From: Camelus dromedarius
Taxonomy: Eukaryota
Length of the DNA: 64,000 nt
NCBI RefSeq assembly: GCF_036321535.1
Contig: NC_087436.1
Span: 16,554,001-16,618,000, forward strand
Reading direction: 5' to 3'
In this document: positions 14,016 through 25,899 of the stretch, one piece after another
Position numbering within the stretch: position 1 is the stretch's first letter
Layout of the letters: each line of letters starts with the position of its first letter
The notes under the pieces: model-generated
Databases searched by the model: none
What the model was told of the DNA's origin: nothing
The model's input: the letters and a program-made list of their open reading frames with translations, nothing else
Position numbers and translations under genes: made by a program

Positions 14016-16071
14016 CTATTAGCTATTAGCTAATGAGGCTGTTAGCTATTATTCTCAGCACTGTACAACACGTGTGTGACAAAATGTATTTTTTAATACT
14101 TGTAATAACCACTGAAAAATAAATTCATAACACAACGAAACTAATTTAATACAATCTTTGTGTTCTACGCATTACTGCAACTTTGACATCAAAGAAATAA
14201 ATAAGGAAACAGAAGCGTTTGCAGTGACGTCATTTTTATCTCTCATACACTTGACATTGCATAACTCACTGAGAGCTAAAACTGTTTTTCTTACACATCT
14301 CTTCTCCTAAGGTGCACCTGCAGTCATTACTAACAGGATTTTAGTGTGTTCCTACAGTTTCCTATTAAAAGGGAGAAGGTACTATTTGAGGTCAGGGGGA
14401 CGATCTATACAGTGGAGACCAGAATGGCAAAACACAAACTTCACTTTAACAAAAGAAGAACAAAGACATCTAAATGCTTCCTTCCTTCTTCCCACTTTTC
14501 AGATCATTCTCTGAGAGGAGGGGTTCACTAAATAAAAAGCAAAGATTAAGCCTTCTCACCTTTTTAAAGTCAGAGATAAATTTGCTTAGATCAGGGATCA
14601 AAGAACAAATTGACGTTTTCTCCCTTTCTGTACTTGGACTTCAAGCTGCACTGAGAAAATCCCACCAGTTACACAGAGTCTGTAGATTCCTGATTGGGAT
14701 AAATTTTCCATTGCTTGAGATAGACCAGGGCTACCTACACTTCAGGTGTGAATTCAGTTTATGTAGGAGGACAAAACGCTGTTGTCTGTGGATTTCTGTT
14801 ATCTACAAAAGGAAATCCAAACTGTCCTCATCTACTTCAAGGAAAAATTATACCAGGATTAAATGAATTATAGAAAATACTTATATTTAACCAGTTGATT
14901 TTTCTATAGCAATTTTTGAGAAGAGATTGCTTTAAATAAGTATGGCTGGATCATTACAAAGAAATGAATCTTCACAGGTATAATGTGATGCTGGAAAAGT
15001 AAAAGATACAAAATAAATGTTATATAATAGCACCCATGAAATCATCTTTTTGAAAAAATGTGGGTGAAAACCTTCATAAACTCTAAGATAGTCGGTAAGA
15101 TGGATGCATCCAAGGAGTTGCCACGTTCCCCAGAAGGAGCCATGGCGTGGGGCATCCTGAGGCTGGCGGAGGTCCCAAAGTCTGGAAGTATTTTACCCTG
15201 AAAGTATCAACTGCTAGCAATTTCTGAATCTGTTTTGCCTCTGCCCATGACAAGAATCAACTTGTTCCAAAATTCCACTAAATATGTTTCTTTTATGTTA
15301 AAACTTTGCTGTTTCTGGGAAAGCTAAAAGCTAGAATCTTTTACATATGTGGACGAAAGCTATATTTGAACCTTTTAGCCCTTTAACAGAATGAAGACTT
15401 TTTTTTTTTTTAAAGAACTCCCCCTTGCTGTAGTTTATTATATGAAAGTCATCCTGACTTTAAAAAATGTTAAAAGTAAACCTTGTTTCCCTATACAATT
15501 TAACTTAAAAGTTCAAGAAGGTTTTGCTTTTAGAAAGAAAAACAAGTGAAGCATTTAATCTAAATTAATTACAAGTTAAAAGAAAATTACTGAGGGGAAT
15601 AGTGATGACTTCCATTTACAAATGATTTTTTTCTAGTCATCCCATCTATAAATACGTAGGTTGTGTGTGTGTGTATATATATGTACATATTTAAATTGAT
15701 AATCATAGCATCACTTTAAAGTAATAAATACTTAAAATGTCACAAGATTAAACCCTGATTTCTGAGGCTTCTCTTCAAATGTGAAACTTTCGGGGCCATC
15801 TTTATTTAATCCCCTGTGAAGCCACACTACCTAACTGCACGTCAGCCTCACACAACGAAGACAAAGAGTTTGAAATCCAGGACAGCAAAGATAACAAACC
15901 ATGATATTCCAACACACCTGCCTCAGTTAGAGAAAAAGTGGACAAAAGGTTATGAGAAAAATCCCTAAGTCCAGAAATAAACAGAACATATAGCACATGG
16001 CCTAACTGACAACAAAGTTAATGTTTTAATAAGTATCACTTCCCTTTGAAATCATGTCACTTACTTTATAC

Positions 16072-16266
16072 CAAGATGTCTGAATCTCAGCATTACTGAC
16101 ATTTTGGGCCCCAGAGAATCATGCTGCGGCTGCCCTGTGCCTGGCAGGATGGGGAGCAGCCTCCACCCACTAGGTGCCAGTAGAATCCTCATCTCTAGTT
16201 AAGACCGACTCCAGACATCGCCAAATGTCCCCAGGGGGCAAAAGCGCACCCAGCCGAGAACAACTG
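16072..16266 (+). mobile_element. MER20 (hAT-Charlie)
   Basis: ctcagcattactgacattttgggcc...ccactaggtgccagtag...ctccagacatcgccaaatgtccccagggggcaaaa...gagaacaactg. Confidence 0.8.
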
Positions 16267-17399
16267 TTTGACACTGAAGAGAACCCAAGAGTTAACATGG
16301 ATAAAACTCTCAAATGTGATTTTATCCAAAGTGATTTTATAGAGACTAACCAAATCAGACCTTGTAAATGGAGACAACAGTACCAGGAAGATGTGATCTC
16401 CACTTTAAGGGAAGAAAAGATACCAGGGACATCGTTTTCACAACATAAATGCTACTGGCACATAACAGACCATTGCCTCTTCAATCAGGAAAGCTTTCAA
16501 GCCCATAAGGATAACCAGGGCCCTTAAAACTCCAGCATAGGTATCAGAATGAGATCACTGACTGTTCAGGATGAACTGCCTATAAATTATCTTTTGACAA
16601 AATCAGACTGATTAAAATGAAAACAACAAATCTGGGTAGGAGGTAACCAGGAACAGAACATAAAAGTCAAGGTAGACAGTCCAAAATTTTGTGCAGGGAT
16701 GACCCATTAGCACATCTTAGTTCCTTCCTCTTCACCTAAGCAAAGCTGGCCTTTCCTTGAGAATTTTCAGAGAGTAGATAGTTTTACATACCCATTAAAA
16801 AATCATTCTGTAGAAAAAAATCAAAATGAACACTGCCCACTGAAAGGTTTGCATTAATCTTAAGCACAAGACATATTTCTTATGCTATTTCTAAGCAAGA
16901 TTTAATGCTCTCTTTATACTTATAACACCTATTGACCAAAAGACAGACTTGCAGTTTTAAATACTAAGCACAAATACTAAATCAGCACCTAGAAAAACTA
17001 CAGCATTAAGAATACCTGGCAGTCTGAAAATACAATATCCACAGGTGGTGTGTCTATCAACAATGAAATCTGCAGTTTTTCCAAAGAAATCTTTTATTTC
17101 AAAGTTTAAAAATATCTCTTTTCTTTGCATTTTAAGTTCTATAAGACCCAAATAGTGACAAAAGTGATACTTGTAACATTTTATAGCAACATGCCAAAAT
17201 GTCAAGGATTAACTCAATGCTTGAGTTTCTCCAATCTGATTGAAATCAGTCATTTTCTTTCTCAGTGCTTGAATTTCTGCTTCTAAGCAGACATGAAAAA
17301 GAAGTACAGGAAATCAGAAGAGCAAATACTGGATTTCTGATGGCAACTATAATCTTGTTTCCTTCTGAATTTATTTTTTAAAAAGTCTTCCTTTGTTTT

Positions 17400-18850
17400 T
17401 CTTTCTTAACACAAAATTGAAAACACGCTACAGAGTTTTTTCCTTGCTTTTTCTGCTTAACATTTTCCCATGTCTTTAAGTATTCTCCCAAATAGAATTT
17501 TCAATGGCCACAACATATGAATTCTATGGTAATACCATTTAACTGTTTTCTACTTTAGAGATTTTAAATTGTTTCCAATCTTTTGCTCTTATTGCTGGGA
17601 TGAAAACTATTTTGTATAATTACATTTGCATTTCCAGTTATTTAGGATTAACTCTTAGAAGCTAATTTACTAGTTATAATAGCAAAAACATTTTTGTTGT
17701 ACAAAAAAAAATAGCTTTCCATAAAGATTTGAAACTTACACTTCCATCATTCCTTGAGAATGCCAATTCACTGCACATTAACACATAACATTCTCTTTCT
17801 AAAACTGTCAATTTTATCTATTAAAAATACATCTCAATGCCTTAACTCGCATTTTTAATAGTGAGATTGAATTTTTAAATGCATATAACCTTTGCTTATG
17901 ACAGCTAGGAATTTTTACTTTTTATGTCCAACCAGTCAACTTTTCCCTTTGTGACTTTTCCATTACTTTTATACTTAGAAAATCTTTTCCACTTCACCAT
18001 AACTATTGGCATGTTTTCTTTTAGTTCTTTTGTCTCCTTTTGATACCTATATTTTTAAGACACCTGGAATTGATTTTTGGTATGGCATGAGGATGATGAT
18101 TTAATATCTGGTAGCAGGAGAGCCCATTAATCATTATTTCCAAAATTTTCCTGCTTATTTTTCCAGATTAACTTTTAAAATCACTTTGTTGGGTATTGCT
18201 CCCCTCACCCGAAAGCAAACTAATTTAGATCCTTCTTGAAACTACAATTAAACTAAATAAAAATCAGGAAGGATGTATAGAACAATGATCAATACCAGTG
18301 CTGCCAGGTCCTCATTTGTACCTGACTGACACAGAAATACTTCCACTAATTTGTTTACCAGTATATGGGTGGTTTTGTTTCAGACAGAGATTTTTCTTTT
18401 TTTTTTAGTGTATTAAAGAATTCACCTTTCATTTTTCTTACTAAATCTTTAACTAGATATGGATTCGTATTTTGCCAAATGCCTTTGCAACATCTTTTTG
18501 GGACTGTTTGTACCATTATGCTTTTTTCTTCAAGATCTCATGTATAAATAGGTTTCTTAATAGGAAGCCATCCTTTAGATCCTGTCATAAGTCTACTTAT
18601 AGCAGTGTACTTTTGTTCTTTAATATGTTGGTGATTTGAGTTGCTTTTTACATACAAATACTTCTAATCTGGGGGCTTTTCAAAGATAATTTTTTTGGAT
18701 AACTATTAAAATTTCAGTGATCACTATTCCAATTAGATGTTCCATTTCTGTATTTCACTTATATTTTCTGTGAACAACATTCATCTGGAGATTTCCAAAT
18801 CTGTTTCAATTTTTAAAATCTCAACTGCATTTCCTGTTTATATGACACAT
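17400..18850 (-). mobile_element. Highly decayed old L1 (antisense on + strand)
   Basis: Long T-rich tract with L1-like phrases such as cacctggaattgatttttggtatggcatgagg and ttttgccaaatgcctttgcaacatc. Confidence 0.55.
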
Positions 18851-20071
18851 TTACGTTTTCCAATCTGGCACACCTTTGATTTTCACTTTTCTTTTTGTTA
18901 GGTATCTTAAATATTTGTCCTCTCCATTTCTTGCCTTCCCTGGGTCCCCCAAGAATCAGTTCTTTGATTTACCATATCCCCTGTCTTGTGGTCTAATTTA
19001 TTTTCACTTGCTTGCAGGGTGAATCTTTAAGGTGTTTTGTGTTATGCTGTGCTTATATTAACTCAATTTGTAAAGTGTCTATTTCCATTCATACTGCGAG
19101 CCTATCTTGGGGCAGGCTGCTATGAAGTGTTATGTCTAATCATTAGCTTAATTAATTAGAAAAGTCATTGTAACCTCACTCTAATCTGCTAGAGTTTTCA
19201 GAACCTATTTTAAAAATGTTGTTTATGTTTAAGAAAACAACCTGGTAAACAGATCTGGTCTTAGAAAATCAGAAAACTAGTTTGTATTTTTCCAGAAGAC
19301 ACTGCTCCAATGTTTTATATTATTCATTCTCAGTACAGCATGAGGCAAACACTTCAGTATAAAATTAATTATGTTAGAGGGGTGAAACAAGATGGAATGA
19401 AGAAACGAATCGAATGTTGGAAACTATAATGTTCAATACAATGTAAACCTAAACAATATAACTTTATTGAAATTAGGAAAAAATACACTTTAGAAGCCAC
19501 ATGTTTCTCTTTAGGAATGATAATCTGATTGTGGTGAAACTCAGTATTTGTATAACTGCTATTCATGCATTCTTGCAATTTGCTCAGTGTTTTTTGGTTT
19601 TTTTGTTTTGTTTTGTTTTCTATCAGATTCCCTTGTATATTGTTACCATACTTTGGCTTGCATTTTCCTGTGTAATTTGTGTATATCTTTCAGAAATGCT
19701 GCTTAATTTCCTCCATTGTTCCCTACAAAACTCATGTGGACATTCCTATAAAAGTCCTTTCTTTTCCTTAACCTGCATTTTCTATATTATACATAAGTAG
19801 GGAGAAAAAGACTTTTCTAAGAGAAATATCTTTTACTTCTGTGATTTACCCAAGCCCATGACAACTCTATCGGTCAACAGGTGTTCTTATTCTTAAACAG
19901 AGAATATCCCACACTTTATGTAGGAAGCCTCCTCAACCTATACTTTTCCCTCAGAAGTCTACATTTCCCTTCCAGTGGCCATAAGAAGTATCTGATAGAT
20001 TTCTCTACATTCACTTTTGAGATATTTGGGTAAAAGACAGGTAAGCTGCTTAACATTTTTCACAAAAAGGC

Positions 20072-20073
<2 letters not shown>

Positions 20074-20147
<74 letters not shown>
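20074..20147. repeat. (AC)37 microsatellite, read as (UG)n in the DCLK2 pre-mRNA
   Basis: Directly visible; about 110 nt downstream of the exon 2 donor. Confidence 0.97.
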
Positions 20148-20149
<2 letters not shown>

Positions 20150-20258
20150 CAGAATGACTCCAATGAGCTATGAAATTCATATTGTTAAATACATAACCAC
20201 CAAGGCACAGGCAGAGGTTAAAAGTGAGATGGAAAGCACGGGGCTACAAACATCTTAC

Positions 20259-20593
20259 CTGCTTCCCGTCCAGCGTGCAGAGCCTCTTGACCACTCCTGA
20301 GTCCAGTTTAATGGCTTCCGTGATATCTGTTAAGACCTGTTCAAAGGAATGAGCAGTCTTCTTATTGAGAAGGATCCGCACAGCTTTCCTCGGCTTCACT
20401 CCACTTCGAATCACAGTCACTAACTTGGGTTTGATGAAATCTTTACTTTCCTTCACCTCACTCTTCACCGAGGAGGGGGCAGCCAAGGCGCGAGGGGTCC
20501 CACCTTTGATGTTCACAGACCAGTTCGGATTAACGTTTTTGGTGTAATCAACTTTACGGAATGGTTCGTTCGATGCGCACACGTAACTCTCAC
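20259..20593 (-). CDS. DCLK2: DCLK2 coding exon 2 (end of DCX1, linker, most of second doublecortin domain)
   Basis: Acceptor TTTTTGCTTTTTAG|GT (AG at 20595-20594), candidate branch point CTGAT about 24 nt upstream, donor CAG|GTAAGA. Encodes (G)[20 protein letters not shown]...[60 protein letters not shown]. 335 nt; 421+335=756 nt=252 codons, in frame with exon 1. Confidence 0.97.
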
Positions 20594-23038
20594 CTAAAAA
20601 GCAAAAACCAGTTTTATCAGCATGGTTATTACCCCCACCACAGGGGCATTCTGTATGAAGCACAAATGCTGGAAACCCAATGAGCAAACTCCTAAACTTA
20701 ACAGGTTTGGCATTCTTCCCACACCCCGTTCTTTTAATAGCATCCAGGTTAGTTTTGAGAGAATAGCATGCATTACAGAGTGAAATGCACTGGTCAAAGG
20801 AACTAGAGAGAATCTGGGTTTTATTCTGATCAAATGTCACCCTGGATAAGCCCCCTGCATTTTGCTTCTGTACATCACCGTCTGTCAAGTTGGAGCTGTT
20901 GAACCAGGTGAATTCCGAGGCACTCCCTAGTTCCGAAAGTCCATTAAGTAATTTAATTGTTACTGTCTCATTCTGGGAGAAGTAACTCTATCACAAAATA
21001 ATTTATTCATATAAAGAAATAAAACATTTTCTCCTCTTTCCAACTAGACATTTCAGTCCTAATCAAAGAAAAATCACTACAAAATTCACATAGCTGACTA
21101 AATTCTATTCAGTTACATGATCATGTACAAAATTACTGAAGCACTGCAAAAACGAAGGAAGAGTTTTGACAGCTCAAAGAAACAAACCTCAAGCATTGTT
21201 TCTTCCTAATTGAAAAATGTGAATTTAAAATAATTAGACAGTCTCTTCTATAATGGCTTATATGGGGAAGGATATTAAGTAAAGTAATGTGTTCATTACT
21301 CATGTAGCCTTCTTAATTTTTACTAAACATAAAAACTATACTATTTGTCAATTGGTTAAATGATTCAATGTTCATTAAGTTCTAAAAGTATATGTTGAAA
21401 AATAATAATTTTCATAAATATATGTCGAAAAAAAATCACGATTTTTCTTTCAGGAAACTCAGACGTCACCCAATTCTTTGAGTCTCAACTTTCTGGCATA
21501 GAAGATAAAGGAGCTGCACTCTAAGATTTTCTCTAAGGTATCTTGTAACTCAAAAAGAATCCATTATTTTTTCATATATTCAGTATAATGGCCTCCTTCT
21601 TAATACAGTATACGGTACAAGCCTTAAATGCTAAAAGCAAAAAACAAAAAAAAAACAAAAAAAAACCCCAACATAGTGAAAGGGAATTCTTGAGAAAAGC
21701 CTGTTAATACAAATATTATATTTAACTATTATCAGGCTATTCTTGAAATCCTGATTAATGGAGAACTTAAAGACTCCCAAAGGCACATGGACAATTCAGT
21801 AACGGGTCAGACATATAAGAAGGATCTGAAAAGAGGAGTGGTATCTTCTGTTTAAAGGTGTAACATTCCCAAGCAATGTAGGGAGCCAGTCACAGGCTTT
21901 AATGCTGCCTCTACGTCAATAATGTGAAATCTAGCCCAACCATCACTATTCAGTTAGAGATTATTCAGTTCTGTACACAGAGTTTTTCACAGTGTAATCA
22001 TCTGGGAAAATGGCATGTAATTTTCAAAGTACGTATAAACTTCACAAAACAGAACTACACATCGCATGCATGTATTAATGAGCTAAAATAAATCATCATG
22101 ATTTTGCTTTAATTGTATAGAGAAAACCACTCTCACGTTGAAAAGTTCTTACTATTATTACCTATGCTAAAAATCCCACTGTGTGTTTTGATCCAAAATT
22201 TTAACATGGAAGATAAACATGGAATCTCAGCAACAAGTAAACTTTTTTTTTTTAAGGCCAGGGAGAGTCAGCTGGGGGAAAGCCTTTTCCAATATAATGA
22301 GAAATGACAATGGCAATATAAGAGCAAATTTAATACATCAGGTTACCTGGACCAACCCCGTCCCTGCAAAAGTGGCAGATCAGCCAGGAGAGCTGCCTTT
22401 TACATTTGTCTGTATTTTGCCTCTTTACATGGGTTCAGCATGTCAGAACGAAAACAGGCAGAGGAAGCCTCTCTTTTCATTTGTTTGCATGTGGTTACAG
22501 AAAAACTTTAACTCCCTTCCTCTCTTCATAATAATGCTTTCATTAAAACCTTGTAGATCAGTCCTATAATAAACATGGGAAGTTTTGAACCAGGGCTGGC
22601 AAGTGCCTGCTTGACAGAGCCTCACCCTTTCCTGCACCTAAAGCAGACACAAATGCTAGTTAAGTACTAACAGAGTACTCTTCTGTTAAGCCCAGACTCC
22701 CACCTCACAGCCTGCACTGAGTCCCTACTTATGCATCAGCTCACGTGCTAGGTGCTGACATGACGTGAGACCCACCTTGGCATCCTTGGCACTCAACATT
22801 TCAGCACAAAGTTTCAAGACATGGTTCTGAGGTCAGACCTGTGTTTCTGTACACTGGGCACATAAATCCATACAGTACAGATGTCAGACCATGGTAACAG
22901 GAGTCACCAAGACCCCAGGGCCAGCTTCCCGTGCTACACTGTCGCCCTACCCCCACCATCAAACAATCTCCTGATTAAGATTTTGTTATTTACATGGATT
23001 TGTCTACATGGAGAGAATATGCTGATGAAACAAGTTAA

Positions 23039-23479
23039 CCCTAACCCTAATGCCATTTGCAGCAACATGGATGCTCCTGGAGAATGTCATTCTAAGTGAA
23101 GTAAGCCAGAAAGAGAAAGAAAAATACCATATGAGATCACTCATATGTGGAATCTGAAAAAAACAAAACACAAACAAAGCATAAATACAAAACAGAAATA
23201 GACTCATAGACATAGAATACAAGCTTGTGGTGGCCAGGGGGGCGGAGGGAGGGAAGGGATAGACTGGGATTTCAAAATTGTAGAATAGATAAACAAGATT
23301 ATACAGTATAGCACAGGGAAATATATACAAAATCTTATGGTAGCTCATGGAGAAAAAAATGTGACAATGAATATATATATGTTCATGTATAACTGAAAAA
23401 TTGTGCTCTACACTGGAATTTGATACAGCATTGTAAAATGATTTTAAATCAATAAAAAACATTAACAAAACAAACAAAC
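23039..23479 (+). mobile_element. Young camelid-type L1 3' end (ORF2 end + 3'UTR + A-rich/(AAAC)n tail), 11-bp TSD
   Basis: taatgccatttgcagcaacatggatg...ctaagtgaagtaagccagaaagagaaag...aataaa; TSD AAACAAGTTAA at 23028-23038 and 23480-23490. Confidence 0.9.
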
Positions 23480-24149
23480 AAACAAGTTAAGGTTTGGGTT
23501 CCTTAGGCAGTTACAGCTCTTGCTGTTAATCAATCAATAAATTCTTATTTTTTGTTAGACATTCGGCACCTACAAGATTGACTGGGAGCAGTTAGTCTCT
23601 CCCCAACCAGATTCATTCACTGTAGGGATTCTTGTTTAAGATTTATTCCCCACCTGCCAACTTGTCACTTCTCCCCCCAGCCCTGGTGAGGAGCATCACT
23701 TCCTACTCACACGCCTCAGCTAGGAACCGTCACCCCTCACCCTCCCGGTGGCTTCCCTACACACCACGCTCTGGTCTCACGTTCTGTCCACTCCATCTTC
23801 CAAGTTTTCCTAAAACTGCCCCTCCTCTCTGCCCTCAATGGCACCCACTTCCACCTGGATCAATGCAAGAGTCTTCTGTTCTCTGCTCACTCCCCAGAGA
23901 GAGAACAGGTTTCCTGAATGGTAATGCATTTTCTGCTACTGAGACAGCTGAAAAAGTATATCCTGAAGTCATGAGTCTTGATATATTGATGAAATATTAT
24001 GTGATGAGAGAATTTTTTAAACTCTTACCAATACTCATTAAAACTGCACCCACCAGAACAAGGAAAGGAATAAACATCTCATTTAAAAATGAGAGTTAAA
24101 GATACAACCATATGTATCTATATAAACATCATATATGGATACATGAAAA

Positions 24150-24653
24150 ATAAAGCAGTCCCCGAGGTCCCAAATTGATCTGACATTCACAGCTAGATCC
24201 TGATGCCACTACAAGCTGGTCTGATGCTCACAGTCAGATCTGTGTTCTTCTCTGGATATCATCTCATAGAATATCTATAGCAAATGAAGTCACTCTGAGA
24301 CTATGATCAAGTGACACAAAAACAAACTCCTTCAATGAGTGGCTGCCACTTTACCAATTACAGATTTTTCCTCACTCTGGTCTGCCCTCCCTGTGAATAA
24401 GATTTAATGAGATACTCAATCACAGAATTGTCCTCCTCTGACAGCACCCAATACAGAATGAGTCCCTGCTTCCTTAGAGCCTCCTTGAAATTATCCAAAC
24501 AAAGTCCCACTCCTCTGATAGCTCTGACACCCTCTTACCAGATGCCCTGAGGCATCCTCTAACAACCATGCGTCCCTGCTGCAGGGAGGGGTAAACTCAG
24601 CCTGTCCAGCTCTAGGTCTGCTCTTGGTGGTCTCTGGCTGAAGGCAGTTGAGA
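24150..24653 (+). mobile_element. Old ERV1-type LTR (MER90/MER110-like)
   Basis: 3' end taaactcagcctgtccagctctaggtctgctcttggtggtctctggctgaaggcagttgaga and internal acagcacccaat resemble this family. Confidence 0.5.
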
Positions 24654-24796
24654 TACACGTGCACACACATACATATTCACTTCTCTCTGTGTGTGTTTCT
24701 AATAACAGTTCTTCGACCATAAGACATCGGTGGGAAATCATTTTGGAAGTTATGATCTATAGTTATAGAATACTATACAGAAAAGGATGTGTATTA

Positions 24797-25215
24797 CAGA
24801 GAACAAACCAGAGGGGAGGGCAGTGGGGGGGGGCCAAATGGGCGAAGAGGATTAAGAGTTACAAACTACAAGTTATAAAATAAGTCGTACAGAATATAGT
24901 CAATATTTTATGATAACTTTGTATGGTGTGTAATCTATAAAAATATCAAATCACTGTCATGCATCTGAAACTAACACTGTTAGTCAATCAGATAAACAAG
25001 TTTATATTGTATAACACAGAGAACTATATTCAATATCTTGTAACTTATGGTTAAAAAGAATATGAAAATTATTATACGTATGTTTCTATATGACTGAAGT
25101 ATTGTGCTGTACACCAGAAACTGACACAACATTGTAAAATGACTATACTTCAGTAAAAATATTTTTAAAAATTAAATGAAAAAAATACTGTGAGTCAACT
25201 ATACTCCAATAATCT
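24797..25215 (+). mobile_element. Nested L1 3' ends (younger element 24988-25183 inside an older L1 3'UTR)
   Basis: Two successive L1 3'UTR termini. Diverged 15-bp TSD AACACTGTTAGTCAA (24973-24987) / AATACTGTGAGTCAA (25184-25198). The older element resumes with ctatactccaataa. Confidence 0.75.
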
Positions 25216-25648
25216 TTTTTTTTTTTTTAAAGGGGATTCGTTTTCTATATAGAAGGAGGCTGGAGAGGAGCATGAAGTGGTTATGCACCTCAACTGTTCT
25301 CAAACACAGTACGGAATAGAAAGTCTGTCCACTTCCTTGGACTCTCTCCAGCAGCATCGCTTTGGCTTCTTACCACCGACATCTGTTCAAGACATTCTGC
25401 GTTACTTCCTATGTAGCAGATGGACAAACTAAGTGTCTACAACTGTGTCATACAGTCTGGGTACTTGTTACCCATTAATTTTTGTCCTTACTCAACCAAA
25501 TGAACTGCCTCCTGTTTAAGAGGCAAGAGGCTATTAAAAGCTAGGAATTCTCCCAATTTCTTGTTCTCTGAAAACCTTCATCCCTACAGATGTATTTCAG
25601 TCTGTGCCAGCTTCCTCACCTCCTCTCCCTTTTCGCTGACAAGGGTAC

Positions 25649-25696
25649 CCTCCCCCTAGTCAATGCCAGGTTCCTCCCCCTAGTCAATGCCAGGTC
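25649..25696. repeat. 24-bp tandem duplication
   Basis: CCTCCCCCTAGTCAATGCCAGGT(T/C) twice. Confidence 0.9.
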
Positions 25697-25899
25697 CCTC
25701 CCGCTCCTCATGCTGAGTTCTGGGGACACTCTTCTCCTCTCCTATGTTCAGCTACACAGCCCTCTACAGGGTTATGTACAAGTGTCTTACCTTCACACAC
25801 ACAATCCCCTCCTTCACTCCTTGTTCCACTCTACCTAATGTGCTTTCGGCGTGCATTCACTGCCAAGTTAGGGAGCCTCCTCGTCTGTTTTTTTCCATT

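Larger units (their letters stand above)
1..20258 (-). other. DCLK2: DCLK2 intron 2 (partial, continues beyond window)
   Basis: Begins GTAAGA. No continuation of the DCX2 domain is recognisable in the ORF track for 1-20258. Confidence 0.85.

Noticed and set aside
16167..16180. CTCF-like motif CCACTAGGTGCCAG in MER20
   Set aside because: Mismatch at a core G and inherited from the MER20 consensus; no independent support.
20594..20888. N-terminal part of the 214-aa ORF containing exon 2
   Set aside because: Intronic read-through upstream of a clear acceptor; DCLK2 similarity starts only at GESYVC.
23004..23477. 157-aa hydrophobic minus-strand ORF (and a similar ORF at 60910-61416)
   Set aside because: Antisense translation of L1 3' ends, a common spurious ORF.
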